The notes below the pieces were generated by a model. It had not been told where the DNA came from. It made no database searches and was given only the letters and a program-made list of their open reading frames with translations. Position numbers and translations under genes: made by a program. A stretch of 64,000 nucleotides of DNA from Salinispira sp. (GTDB lineage: Bacteria > Spirochaetota > Spirochaetia > DSM-27196 > Salinispiraceae), in the NCBI GenBank assembly GCA_965226555.1, contig CBDDDG010000012.1:1-64000 (forward strand), given 5' to 3'. Of this stretch, positions 10,434 to 20,389 are shown one piece after another; within the stretch, counting starts at the first letter, position 1, and each line of letters starts with the position of its first letter.

Positions 10434-12665
10434 CTAATACCATGATGGTATGAGACTACTTGGCACGCCGGAATATGAAAACATACCGTTTTTGGTTCCG
10501 GTGTATTTGCCCATGGCATTGAGCTTGTTGCCGGTTTCGGGCGTCCAATGATCCTTCCACTCCTCAAGATCGCGATTGAATGCGCTTGCCTGAGCGAACA
10601 TCCCCTGCATATTCGTTACCGAACTGACATTCCATCCGGTGATATCGCCATTGAATGTGCTTGCCTGAAAGAACATCATCTCTACACTCGTTACCGAACT
10701 GATATTCCAGCTTGAGATATCGCGATTAAATGCGTTTGCCTGATAGAACATCCCCGTCATATTCCATACCGAGCTGACATTCCAGTTTGAAATATCGCCA
10801 TTGAATGTGCTTGTTTGAAGAAACATATAGGATATATTCGTTACCGCGCTTGTATCCCATTCGGAGATATCGCCATTGAATGCGCTTTTGTCTTTGAAAA
10901 CCTTGGACATATTGGTGATTGTCGTGGTAATAATGTAGTTGAGATTGGCGTTATTGCCCCAGATTGTTATTCCCGTAGTTACCGCGGTTTTCAGTTCAGC
11001 GTTAGTTTGAGGATTCACGATAACGTAGAAATAGTGGGCAAACCATAGTGTTCCGTCGGTTTTTTCGCCATATATCAGATATGTTCCTTCTGTTGTGCTT
11101 GCGGTAACGGTAATAATTCCAGTACTCGCATTAACTGTCGGCACGGTAACCCCTGCGGGATCAGTTGCGGGGATGACATCCCAAATGGCTCCCTGAGGGC
11201 TCAGCACGGCAGTGTTTGGCTCCACGGTGGTCAACTTAACAATGAGATTCTCACTGGCAATAAGGTTATGAACATCCTCCGAAAGAATTACGAAGGCTAC
11301 CGTTCCCACGGGAACCCTCGTTCCAATGATCGGCAGTGTTGCGGTTTGCGATGCCGACCATGTGCTATTGCCCTGCGTATTCTTGGCGCGCGCCTGTACT
11401 TCGTAGGTGGTGCTATTCATCAGGCCAGTGATGGTGTGCTGTGTGCTTGTGCCGATGCCGGAGCTTATTTCCGTCCATGCTCCGCCGCCTGTGCGGTAGC
11501 GGAGGTGGTACGCGGTAACGGCGCTGCCGCCAGTGTCGGTCGGCGCTGTCCATGAGGCACTCAGCTGGCTGTTTCCGGGGTTGAGCGTGAGGGCTGTCGG
11601 CGCCATGGAAACGTTAGCAGCGGTTACGGTTTCCGATGCCGACCATGAGCCATTGCCCTGCGCGTTGACGGCGCGCGCCTGTACTTCGTAGGTGCTGCCG
11701 TTTGTCAGGCCGGTGATGATGTGCTGTGTGCTTGTGCCGATGCCGGAGCTTATTTCCGTCCATGCTCCGCCGCCTGTGCGGTAGCGGAGGTGGTACGCGG
11801 TAACGGCGCTGCCGCCAGTGTTGGTCGGGGCGCTCCATGAGGCACTCAGCTGGGTGTTTCCGGGGCTGAGCGTGAGGGCTGTCGGCGCGCTGGGTGTGGT
11901 AACGGGAGTTGCGGTGTCAATCGCTGAGTTACCGTTGCGCTCTTCCGGGTAATGAGCGGTTATTTCGCTAACAGCATATACCTGCACCTCGTACTCGGTA
12001 CCGTTTGTCAGTCCGGTGATGCGGTAGGTGTAGGGTGGGTCGGCAGTCAGATCGACGGAAATGGGATTTGACCACTCGCCTGCAGGTGCTCCAGTTTTGC
12101 GATATTGCACCTCATACCTGTCAATGTTTCCACTGGCGCCAAGGTTAGTCGGCGCTTCCCATGTTGCGGTAAGCATCTCATCCCCCACTTCAAGCATGAA
12201 AGTAGTCGGAGCGGTGGGAAGGGTACCATCAGGCGTTTCGGTGGCGGGCGGCGACCAGTCGCCCGCTCCCGCCTTGTTAACGGCACGAACCCGCACATCG
12301 TAGCTTTGAGCGTTTGCCAGCCCGGTAATGACGTGGTTTGTGGCAGTATGAGCGATGGTGTCGGTGTCTGTTGAGTCGTCCGTTGGCCAGTCTGCGGTGC
12401 TTAGTTTGTGCTGCACATGGTATTCGGTAATGGTGCTTCCGCAGTCATCGGGGGCTGTCCATTCCACGGACAGTTCATCGTTCCCCACATTGAGGAGGGG
12501 AACTGTCGGCGCGGCAGGATTAATGACAGGTTTCAGGCTGGGAGTACCGCCTATCGGCCCCGGGGCAGGACATCCAACGAGTAAGGCAGTGAGAATTACG
12601 CTTATTACAACAAAAACGGGAAATCTCTCCCATAACTTTCGCAATGGATTAAAATCACACATCAT
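10434..12665 (-). CDS. surface lipoprotein: 4 FN3 domains + DUF285/BspA-like repeats (paralogue 1)
   Basis: LLVGC lipobox; FN3 W..P...G....Y..YEVQARAVN; 25-aa repeats FNGDISxWxVSSVTNMxxMF. Confidence 0.9.
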   Translation of the reverse strand: MMCDFNPLRKLWERFPVFVVISVILTALLVGCPAPGPIGGTPSLKPVINPAAPTVPLLNVGNDELSVEWTAPDDCGSTITEYHVQHKLSTADWPTDDSTDTDTIAHTATNHVITGLANAQSYDVRVRAVNKAGAGDWSPPATETPDGTLPTAPTTFMLEVGDEMLTATWEAPTNLGASGNIDRYEVQYRKTGAPAGEWSNPISVDLTADPPYTYRITGLTNGTEYEVQVYAVSEITAHYPEERNGNSAIDTATPVTTPSAPTALTLSPGNTQLSASWSAPTNTGGSAVTAYHLRYRTGGGAWTEISSGIGTSTQHIITGLTNGSTYEVQARAVNAQGNGSWSASETVTAANVSMAPTALTLNPGNSQLSASWTAPTDTGGSAVTAYHLRYRTGGGAWTEISSGIGTSTQHTITGLMNSTTYEVQARAKNTQGNSTWSASQTATLPIIGTRVPVGTVAFVILSEDVHNLIASENLIVKLTTVEPNTAVLSPQGAIWDVIPATDPAGVTVPTVNASTGIITVTASTTEGTYLIYGEKTDGTLWFAHYFYVIVNPQTNAELKTAVTTGITIWGNNANLNYIITTTITNMSKVFKDKSAFNGDISEWDTSAVTNISYMFLQTSTFNGDISNWNVSSVWNMTGMFYQANAFNRDISSWNISSVTSVEMMFFQASTFNGDITGWNVSSVTNMQGMFAQASAFNRDLEEWKDHWTPETGNKLNAMGKYTGTKNGMFSYSGVPSSLIPSWY

Positions 12666-12867
12666 TTTAATACTTTCACTATAAAATTTCACAGGCGGGC
12701 AGATGTAGCCGCGTTTAATGTTGCCGTATCCGGCATTGTACAAGGACCGCGCCGGTTCATCATGCGTCCTGATCGAAAAAAGGCAGGAGCGGGGCTGGTC
12801 GGCGCCCAGCGCCTGCCTGAGTTGAATTGCCGCTTCTCACTAGTTACTGCGGGCTATGAAACTGCTC

Positions 12868-14247
12868 CTAATAAAAGAATGACCATGACGGCTTATTCTC
12901 GTACACGCCGGAATTAAACATAAGGTATTGGCCACCGGTGTATTTGCCATTGGCATCGAGCGTCAAATGATCCTTCCACTCCTCAAGGTCTTTATTGAAT
13001 GCTCTTGCGTTAAAGAACATATAGTTCATATGCGTTACCGCGCTGACATCCCAGCCGGAGATATCGCTATTGAACGCGCTTGCGTCATTGAACATCCTCG
13101 TCATATTCGTTACCGAACTGACATCCCAGTTCGAAATATCGCCATTGAATGCACTTGCACTCTGGAACATATTGGACATATCCGTTACTGCCGTAGTAAT
13201 AATGTAGTTGAGATCGGCAGTTTGTCCCCATGTTGCTATCCCCGCATCTACCGCTGTTTTCAGTGCACATTTACCACCGTCACTAGCAGCAGTATAAACA
13301 TCATCATCATCAAGCACACCATCACCATTAGTATCAATCTTATCATTATTATCAACAACACCATCACAATTAACATCAATTGTTCCAGCAGTTGGGATTA
13401 TAACCTTATAATTCTGAAGAATCGCAGATTTAGCCAATTCGTGTATATATTCTTCGGTTATAGGCTGAGGAACTTCGGTTTTAGGCTGAGGACTCACGGT
13501 AACAGAGAAATATTCAGCAAAGAGTATATCTCCAGTTCCGGTTTCGCCATATACCAGATATGTTCCTGCCGTTGTACCCACAGCAACCGTAACCATGCCG
13601 GTAGCCGAATCAACTGTTGGAACGGTAAGCCCTGCGGACGCAGTTGCGGGAGTGATACTGACTCCTGATGCACTAACCGCGAGAGTACCCTGTTCCACGG
13701 TGGTCAACTTAACGGTTGGGCTCTTATCGGCAATAATGGCCATAGCGGTTTCCGATAGGCTTACCGTCGCTGCCGTACCCGCAGGACTCTGTGTCACAGG
13801 AATCCGCAGCATTGCTGATGCGTGTTCAGACCAAAACCCATTGCCCTGCATGTTGACCGCGCGCACCCGCACATCGTAGACGTTGCCATTTATCAGCCCG
13901 GTAATGGGGTGGCTTGTGATAGTAGTATCACTGATAATGGCGGTGTCCGTTGTGTCATCCTCTGGCCATTCTGCGGCACTTATTTTGTGCTGCACATGGT
14001 ACTCAGTAATTTCACTGCCGCCGTCATTGGGGGCGCTCCATGCCGCGATGAGCTGGGTGTTTCCAACGGTGATCGCGGGAGCATCTATTGTGCCTGGATG
14101 GGTTGGTCCCGGTTCCGGTTCCGGCATGGGCTCGGGTTCCGGCATTGGACATCCAGCAAGTAAGGCGATGAGAATCACGATTATTGCAACAAAACCAGGA
14201 AACCCTCCCCATAACTTTCGTAGTGGATTAAAAAGATTAAACATCAT
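12868..14247 (-). CDS. surface lipoprotein: 1 FN3 + EF-hand/dockerin-like insert + DUF285 repeats (paralogue 2)
   Basis: LLAGC lipobox, PEPE linker, FN3, DVNCDGVVDNND and DTNGDGVLDDDD, DUF285 repeats. Confidence 0.9.
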   Translation of the reverse strand: MMFNLFNPLRKLWGGFPGFVAIIVILIALLAGCPMPEPEPMPEPEPGPTHPGTIDAPAITVGNTQLIAAWSAPNDGGSEITEYHVQHKISAAEWPEDDTTDTAIISDTTITSHPITGLINGNVYDVRVRAVNMQGNGFWSEHASAMLRIPVTQSPAGTAATVSLSETAMAIIADKSPTVKLTTVEQGTLAVSASGVSITPATASAGLTVPTVDSATGMVTVAVGTTAGTYLVYGETGTGDILFAEYFSVTVSPQPKTEVPQPITEEYIHELAKSAILQNYKVIIPTAGTIDVNCDGVVDNNDKIDTNGDGVLDDDDVYTAASDGGKCALKTAVDAGIATWGQTADLNYIITTAVTDMSNMFQSASAFNGDISNWDVSSVTNMTRMFNDASAFNSDISGWDVSAVTHMNYMFFNARAFNKDLEEWKDHLTLDANGKYTGGQYLMFNSGVYENKPSWSFFY

Positions 14248-14435
14248 TTTAATACTCCTTTCTATAAAAAATATTTGTCGGACAAAGTCCGCTTATGTTT
14301 CATTGCAGATACGCGCTGAAACCTTATACAAAGGTTACCGCACAATATCAAAATAGTCAACTACCTACATGAATTTTATGGCAATTTCGCTCACTATCGG
14401 CGCTCGTCGGCAGCGGCCCACTGCGGGCGATAAAA

Positions 14436-16964
14436 CTAATACCATGACGGTATGAGACTACCTGTCACGCCGGACTGCCAAAACATATTTTCTTTGCTTC
14501 CGGTGTATTTACCTCTATTCCAGGAGTTCCGACCGAGTGTCAAATGATCCTTCCACTCCTCAAGATCGCGATTGAATGCGCGTGCGTTCACGAACATCCT
14601 GTCCATATTCCTTACTGAGCTGACATTCCAGCCGGAGATATCGGCATTGAATGCGTCTGCGCCCCAGAACATATCACTCATATTCGTTACCGATCTGACA
14701 TTCCAACCGGAGATATCGCTATTAAATTGAGCTGTTAGAGTTAACATATTGAACATATTGGACATATTCGTTACCGAACTGACATCCCAGCGTGAGATAT
14801 CGGCAGTGAATCGACTTGCTTGATAGAACATATAGGACATATCCGTTACCGAGCTTGTATCCCATTCGGAAATATCGCCAAGGAAGTATGAATCATCTCT
14901 GAACATATCGGACATATCGGTTATTGCCGTGGTAATAATGTAGTTGAGATTGACGTTATTGCCCCAGTTGCTTTCTCCCGTAGTTAGCGCTGTTTCCAGT
15001 TCAGTTTTATTTTGAGGACTCACGGTAACGTAGAAATATTCGGCAAACCATAGTGTTCCGTCGGTTTTTTCGCCATATATCAGATATGTTCCTTCTGTTG
15101 TGCTTGCGGTAACGGTAATAATTCCGGTACTCGCATTAACTGTCGGCACGGTAACCCCTGGCCGGACTATAGAGTAGTCGTCGGGGATGATCCCCGAAAT
15201 GGTTCCCTCAGGGCTCAGCACGGCAGTGTTTGGCTCCACGGTGGTCAACTTAACGATGAGATTCTCACTGGCAATAAGGTTATGAACATCCTCCGAAAGA
15301 ATTACGAAGGCTACCGTTCCCACGGGAACCCTCGTTCCAATGAGCGGCAGTGTTGTGGTTTGCGATGCCGACCAGAGGCTATTGCCCTGCGCGTTGACGG
15401 CGCGCGCCTGTACTTCGTACTCGCTGCCGTTTGTCAGACCGGTGATGATGTGCTGTGTGCTTGTGCCGATGCCGGAGCTTATTTCCGTCCATGCTCCGCC
15501 GCCTGTGCGGTAGCGGAGGTGGTACGCGGTAATGGCGCTGCCGCCAGTGTTGGTCGGCGCTGTCCATGAGGCACTCAGCTGGGTGTTTCCGGGGCTGAGC
15601 GTGAGGGCTGTCGGCGCCATGGAAACGTTAGCAGCGGTTACGGTTTCCGATGCCGACCATGCGCTATTGCCCTGCGCGTTGACGGCGCGCGCCTGTACTT
15701 CGTAGGTGCTGCCGTTTGTCAGGCCGTTGATGATGTACTGTGTGCTTGTGCCGATGCCGGAGCTTATTTCCGTCCATGCTCCGCCGCCTGTGCGGTAGCG
15801 GAGGTGGTACGCGGTAACGGCGCTGCCGCCAGTGTCGGTCGGGGCGCTCCATGAGGCACTCAGCTGGGTGTTTCCGGGGCTGAGCGTGAGGGCTGTCGGC
15901 GCGCTGGGTGTGGTAACGGGGGTTGCGGTTTCCGATGCCGACCATGAGCCATTGCCCTGCGCGTTGACGGCGCGCGCCTGTACTTCGTAGGTGCTGCCGT
16001 TTGTCAGGCCGGTGATGATGTGCTGTGTGCTTGTGCCGATGCCGGAGCTTATTTCCGTCCATGCTCCGCCGCCTGTGCGGTAGCGGAGGTGGTACGCGGT
16101 AACGGCGCTGCCGCCAGTGTCGGTCGGGGCGCTCCATGAGGCACTCAGCTGGGTGTTTCCGGGGCTGAGCGCGAGGGCTGTCGGCGCGCTGGGTGTGGTA
16201 ACGGGAGTTGCGGTGTCAATCGCTGAGTTACCGTTGCGCTCTTCCGGGTAATGAGCGGTTATTTCGCTGACAGCATATACCTGCACCTCGTACTCGGTAC
16301 CGTTTGTCAGTCCGGTGATGCGGTAGGTGTAGGGTGGGTCGGCAGTCAGATCGACGGAAATGGGATTTGACCACTCGCCTGCAGATGCTCCAGTTTTGCG
16401 ATATTGCACCTCATACCTGTCAATGTTTCCACTGGCGCCAAGGTTGGTCGGCGCTTCCCATGTTGCGGTAAGTATCTCATCCCCCACTTCAAGCATGAAA
16501 GTAGTCGGAGCGGTGGGAAGGGTACCATCAGGCGTTTCGGTGGCGGGCGGCGACCAGTCGCCCGCGCCCGCCTTGTTAACGGCACGAACCCGCACATCGT
16601 AGCTTTGAGCGTTTGCCAGCCCGGTAATGACGTGGTTTGTGGCAGTATGAGCGATGGTGTCGGTGTCTGTTGAGTCGTCCGTTGGCCAGTCTGCGGTGCT
16701 TAGTTTGTGCTGCACATGGTATTCGGTAATGGTGCTTCCGCAGTCATCGGGGGCTGTCCATTCCACGGACAGTTCATCGTTCCCCACATTGAGGAGGGGA
16801 ACTGCCGGCGCGGCAGGATTAATGACAGGTTTCAGGCTGGGAGTGCCGCCTATCGGCCCCGGGGCAGGACATCCAACGAGTAAGGCAGTGAGAATTACGC
16901 TTATTACAACAAAAACGGGAAATCTCTCCCATAACTTTCGCAATGGATTAAAATCACACATCAT
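14436..16964 (-). CDS. surface lipoprotein: 5 FN3 + DUF285 repeats (paralogue 3)
   Basis: 5' part nearly identical to paralogue 1 (offset 4299), one extra ~285-bp FN3 unit, divergent repeat domain. Confidence 0.9.
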   Translation of the reverse strand: MMCDFNPLRKLWERFPVFVVISVILTALLVGCPAPGPIGGTPSLKPVINPAAPAVPLLNVGNDELSVEWTAPDDCGSTITEYHVQHKLSTADWPTDDSTDTDTIAHTATNHVITGLANAQSYDVRVRAVNKAGAGDWSPPATETPDGTLPTAPTTFMLEVGDEILTATWEAPTNLGASGNIDRYEVQYRKTGASAGEWSNPISVDLTADPPYTYRITGLTNGTEYEVQVYAVSEITAHYPEERNGNSAIDTATPVTTPSAPTALALSPGNTQLSASWSAPTDTGGSAVTAYHLRYRTGGGAWTEISSGIGTSTQHIITGLTNGSTYEVQARAVNAQGNGSWSASETATPVTTPSAPTALTLSPGNTQLSASWSAPTDTGGSAVTAYHLRYRTGGGAWTEISSGIGTSTQYIINGLTNGSTYEVQARAVNAQGNSAWSASETVTAANVSMAPTALTLSPGNTQLSASWTAPTNTGGSAITAYHLRYRTGGGAWTEISSGIGTSTQHIITGLTNGSEYEVQARAVNAQGNSLWSASQTTTLPLIGTRVPVGTVAFVILSEDVHNLIASENLIVKLTTVEPNTAVLSPEGTISGIIPDDYSIVRPGVTVPTVNASTGIITVTASTTEGTYLIYGEKTDGTLWFAEYFYVTVSPQNKTELETALTTGESNWGNNVNLNYIITTAITDMSDMFRDDSYFLGDISEWDTSSVTDMSYMFYQASRFTADISRWDVSSVTNMSNMFNMLTLTAQFNSDISGWNVRSVTNMSDMFWGADAFNADISGWNVSSVRNMDRMFVNARAFNRDLEEWKDHLTLGRNSWNRGKYTGSKENMFWQSGVTGSLIPSWY

Positions 16965-17079
16965 TTTAATACTTTCACCATAGAAAGATTACCACAAAGT
17001 ATCGGAAATATCAACTATCTGCATAAATTTTATGGGAATTCCGCCCACTATCGGATCATCTATGCTACTATTACCATAC

Positions 17080-18738
17080 ATGAACCGTGTAATACTTCGA
17101 AACCTCCGCATGCTGCAAAGCCTTCTTGTTTGTTCACTTCTGTTTCCGACTGTGCTTTTCGGCGCCGACGATTTTGCGGAGTCCGAGTCCAATGCCGAGT
17201 CCAATGCGGAGTCCGATTCAGTATTTACCATGAGTCTCTCTCCGGCTGAAATAGAACTTAACCCGCTGTATTCCTATTTTTCCCTGGAGGGGCAAATATA
17301 TACCGCGCTCCATGAGGGGCTGGTTACCTATGATCCTCAGACGCTCACACCTGTTCAGGGCATTGCGGAACGCTGGGAGATACTGGAGAACGGGAGGCTG
17401 TATCGGTTTTTTCTTCATCCGCAGGCGCATTATTCCAATGGCGATAAGGTTCTGAGCTCCCATTTCAGAGATACCTGGTTGAAAATTCTAGAATCGGGCG
17501 ATGAAATACCCTTTGCTTCCCTTCTGGATCCTGTTCACAATGCCGTGAAATATCGAATTGGTGAAATAGATAATCCGGAGCGTGTGGGAATAACCGCGCC
17601 CTCACCCGATGTTCTGGAGGTACGGCTCGAGTACCCCGCAGCGTATTTTTTATCCATTCTAACGCATCAGAGCCTTGTTGTTGTCCATCCCGATATTCTT
17701 CACATTCGGGACTGGAGCGCCATCAATTCCCTTCCGGTAACCGGCCCCTATTATCTCCGGCGCATGAATGCCGACCGCATGGAATTTGCCCGCAACACCT
17801 CCTACTGGGATTCCGAAACCCCTGAGTTCGATTACATTGTTCTTGAATTTGATGATGACGACATCCGCAAAACCCAGAGCTTTAACAGCAGCGAAATTCA
17901 ATGGATTTACAGCGGATTCGACAGCAGCGAGCTCCGCATTCCCGGCAGCTTGCAGGTGAGCCCGCAGTTTAACACAAGTTATTACTTTTTCTCTGCCTGG
18001 AACGAGCCCTTCGATAACGCAGAACTTCGAAAAGCCCTGCTCATGCTCCTTCCGCTCAGCGAGATTCGCAGCGCCGATGCGCATTTTTTCCCGAGCGCCG
18101 TTCTTGTGCCCGAAATTCCCGACTACCCGGAGGTAACAGGCATTCAAAATCAGGATATTCCCGCTGCGCTGCTCATTCTGGATGACATTGGCTATTCGCA
18201 TGGTGAAGGGATCCCCCCGATACACATACAGCTCCCAAATAGTCCTGAGTTCAGGCGGGTGAGTACCATTATGAAGAATAGTTGGGAGGAACATCTCAAT
18301 ATGAGCGTTGAACTTTCATATTATGAATACTATTCCGAATATCAGAGGGCTCTCGAAAACAAGGAAATTGACATTGGCTTCATATCGTGGGTTGGCGATT
18401 ATGCCGACCCCATGACCTTTCTTCAGTTATGGAACAGTACCAGCACCTTGAATCTTGCAGGATTTTTCGATCCTGAATTCGATAGGCTTCTTGAGGAGAG
18501 CAATGGTCTTGAGGGTTCAGCCCGCTATGAGCAGCTTGCGAAGGCAGAGGAGTATGTGCTGAATAGCGCCATTGTTCTGCCTGTTAGCCACAGCCCCTCG
18601 TTTCATGTCATTAACCTTGAGGAAATTGGCGGGTGGTATTCGACCATTCTGGATATTCATCCGTTTAAGTATTTTTACCAAAAAAAATTAGTTCCCCCGC
18701 CAAACATTGCGCGCGGCAGCGGGCATATCTCCCAATAA
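17080..18738 (+). CDS. peptide ABC transporter substrate-binding protein (OppA-like)
   Basis: EGLVTYDP...GIAERWE, YSNGDKV, TGPY, WVGDYADPMTFL. Confidence 0.9.
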   Translation: MNRVILRNLRMLQSLLVCSLLFPTVLFGADDFAESESNAESNAESDSVFTMSLSPAEIELNPLYSYFSLEGQIYTALHEGLVTYDPQTLTPVQGIAERWEILENGRLYRFFLHPQAHYSNGDKVLSSHFRDTWLKILESGDEIPFASLLDPVHNAVKYRIGEIDNPERVGITAPSPDVLEVRLEYPAAYFLSILTHQSLVVVHPDILHIRDWSAINSLPVTGPYYLRRMNADRMEFARNTSYWDSETPEFDYIVLEFDDDDIRKTQSFNSSEIQWIYSGFDSSELRIPGSLQVSPQFNTSYYFFSAWNEPFDNAELRKALLMLLPLSEIRSADAHFFPSAVLVPEIPDYPEVTGIQNQDIPAALLILDDIGYSHGEGIPPIHIQLPNSPEFRRVSTIMKNSWEEHLNMSVELSYYEYYSEYQRALENKEIDIGFISWVGDYADPMTFLQLWNSTSTLNLAGFFDPEFDRLLEESNGLEGSARYEQLAKAEEYVLNSAIVLPVSHSPSFHVINLEEIGGWYSTILDIHPFKYFYQKKLVPPPNIARGSGHISQ

Positions 18739-18848
18739 ACGAGCCGGGAGAAGCGGATAACTACATGGTTGTCTGATTGTCTTCAGACAGCCGGTTATTC
18801 AATTATTTTATGGTGTTTGATGCCAGCATATTGAGCGCCCATTACCCT

Positions 18849-19024
18849 GCGACAGGGGCTCTGTGGTACGCCTTTGCCAATGAGTTTCTTAAGGAAGCCG
18901 AGGAGTATCAGATAGATTTCAATTACCGGAGGTTCAACACCTACCGCAAAGGGACTCCGCTGGAGCTTTTGAGGCAGCGGAATACCAATGTGGATTAGGG
19001 GTCAGCTCAAACCTTAATATCCCA
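18849..19024 (+). mobile_element. IS481 relic: spliced internal pieces plus right end
   Basis: Matches ~39772-39806, ~40096-40212 and the right IR aaaccttaatatccca; first junction at the shared caatgag. Confidence 0.88.
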
Positions 19025-19036
19025 TTCAGAAAATGC

Positions 19037-19080
19037 TTGACAATACCCTGTTATATAAGATACCTTATATAACAGGGTAT
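19037..19080 (+). promoter_or_regulatory. sigma70-like promoter overlapped by a perfect 17-4-17 inverted repeat
   Basis: TTGACA at 19037; ataccctgttatataag-atac-cttatataacagggtat at 19043-19080; RBS aggag follows. Confidence 0.8.
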
Positions 19081-19098
19081 AGGAGTTAAATAAACACA

Positions 19099-19715
19099 AT
19101 GAACCAACAAACTGAATTATTGGAAATATCAAATACGGCAACAATCGATGAAGCAACCAAGATACTTGCGACATTGAAAATGGATGATATACCCCTTGCA
19201 TTGCAGAAAGCAGGAATAGCACAGGCGGTTATTTCTACTATCGCAGGAGAAGTCACCCGCAGGGCAAAACTGGCAGAGCAAGTAAACCCGTACCGACCGC
19301 AAAAGAACTGCTCTCTGTCCGGGGATCGGAAGCGGTAATGCTGGCAATCAAAGCCATGCTTTCAACAGGTTGCAGAATTGGAGCTCTGGCAAATATGACA
19401 ATATCCGGGCGGGGTAAATGGACGGCAGAAAGTAAAGGCAAAACTCATACAGGAACTTTTACCGATAAGAGCATAGCAAGAAAAGTGAATATCGCAATCG
19501 GCAAGGAACTGTTCACTGACACGCCAAAACTTACCGTCTACATCAAAAGAGCAATGAATCGGGACGGAATTACAGGGGGTGGTCATATGTGCAGGCACAG
19601 ATACGCTCTTGACCTGTACAAGGCAACAGGGAACGACCCGGAACAGGTACGAAAGGCACTGGGGCATTCAGACTTGAAAATCACAACGGCATACTTACAG
19701 GGGTTATCGGAATGA
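19099..19715 (+). pseudogene. small tyrosine recombinase, split into ORFs 19099-19338 and 19338-19715
   Basis: STGCRIG, HMCRHRYA, LGHSDLKITTAY: catalytic R, HxxR, H and Y present. Confidence 0.8.
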
Positions 19716-20071
19716 GTACGAGTACGATAGGCGAAAACATTGAAGCAATCAGGCAGAAATTCAGAGAAAAAAATGGACGAGAACCGGGCAATACTCTTTT
19801 CGACAGATGGGAATGCCAAGAAATATCGTGGGAAATGGAAGCCAAGCTTGAATCCGGGCAAACCCTCATTGATATTGCCGAGCAGATAACCCGGGAGACA
19901 AAATATATTCTGAGGCAGAGAGGCGGAACACGGCATAATTTCATTTTACATTTCACCACGCGAGCACATCGGGCAGGATACCAAGAACCTGACATTATCG
20001 AGTACCTAAAACCACTTTCAGAAGCGGAAGCAAAAGAAGTGCGCGATACCATACGGGGGGCTGAAGCATGA
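19712..20071 (+). CDS. hypothetical protein coupled to the recombinase
   Basis: ATGA overlap, 119-aa ORF. Confidence 0.6.
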   Translation: MSTSTIGENIEAIRQKFREKNGREPGNTLFDRWECQEISWEMEAKLESGQTLIDIAEQITRETKYILRQRGGTRHNFILHFTTRAHRAGYQEPDIIEYLKPLSEAEAKEVRDTIRGAEA

Positions 20072-20149
20072 ATGCAACCAAAGCAAAACTTTCTTTAGTA
20101 TAACAAGGAAGGTATTGTTTTGAAAAAACATATGAATATCGCTTGCAGG

Positions 20150-20359
20150 GTCTGCAGTTCGTTCTGGCTCCGGTGTATTTTCTTGCTCCCGGGGGGCCTG
20201 TTTATTGCGCTGTTTCTTAATCAGCAGATTCGGGGAATGCGGGTGGCAAAATCGCTGTTCTTTTTCCTCTTTGTAATTAACCTCGTTGTCATTGGGCTCA
20301 TTTTTTCCTGGTTTTATAACCCTGACCGTGGTCTTCTGGCGGAATTGTTCAGGGACTGA
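20150..20359 (+). pseudogene. fragment of a carbohydrate ABC transporter permease
   Basis: GLFIALFLNQQIRGMRVAKSLFFF...VVIGLIFSWFYNPDRGLL resembles the MalF/UgpA-type core. Confidence 0.65.
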
Positions 20360-20389
20360 CCTTCGGAAGTGTGAAAGAGTAGACTGGTA

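Noticed and set aside
10434..16964. Diversity-generating retroelement acting on the lipoprotein C-termini
   Set aside because: No reverse transcriptase or template repeat in the window; differences include third codon positions and indels rather than adenine-specific changes
19043..19080. Hairpin-telomere resolvase site
   Set aside because: The centre (atac) is asymmetric, and the adjacent protein is far smaller than ResT/TelN
10434..19715. Shufflon: recombinase inverting lipoprotein cassettes
   Set aside because: The three clustered genes are co-oriented, each with its own start, and no inverted crossover sites were found
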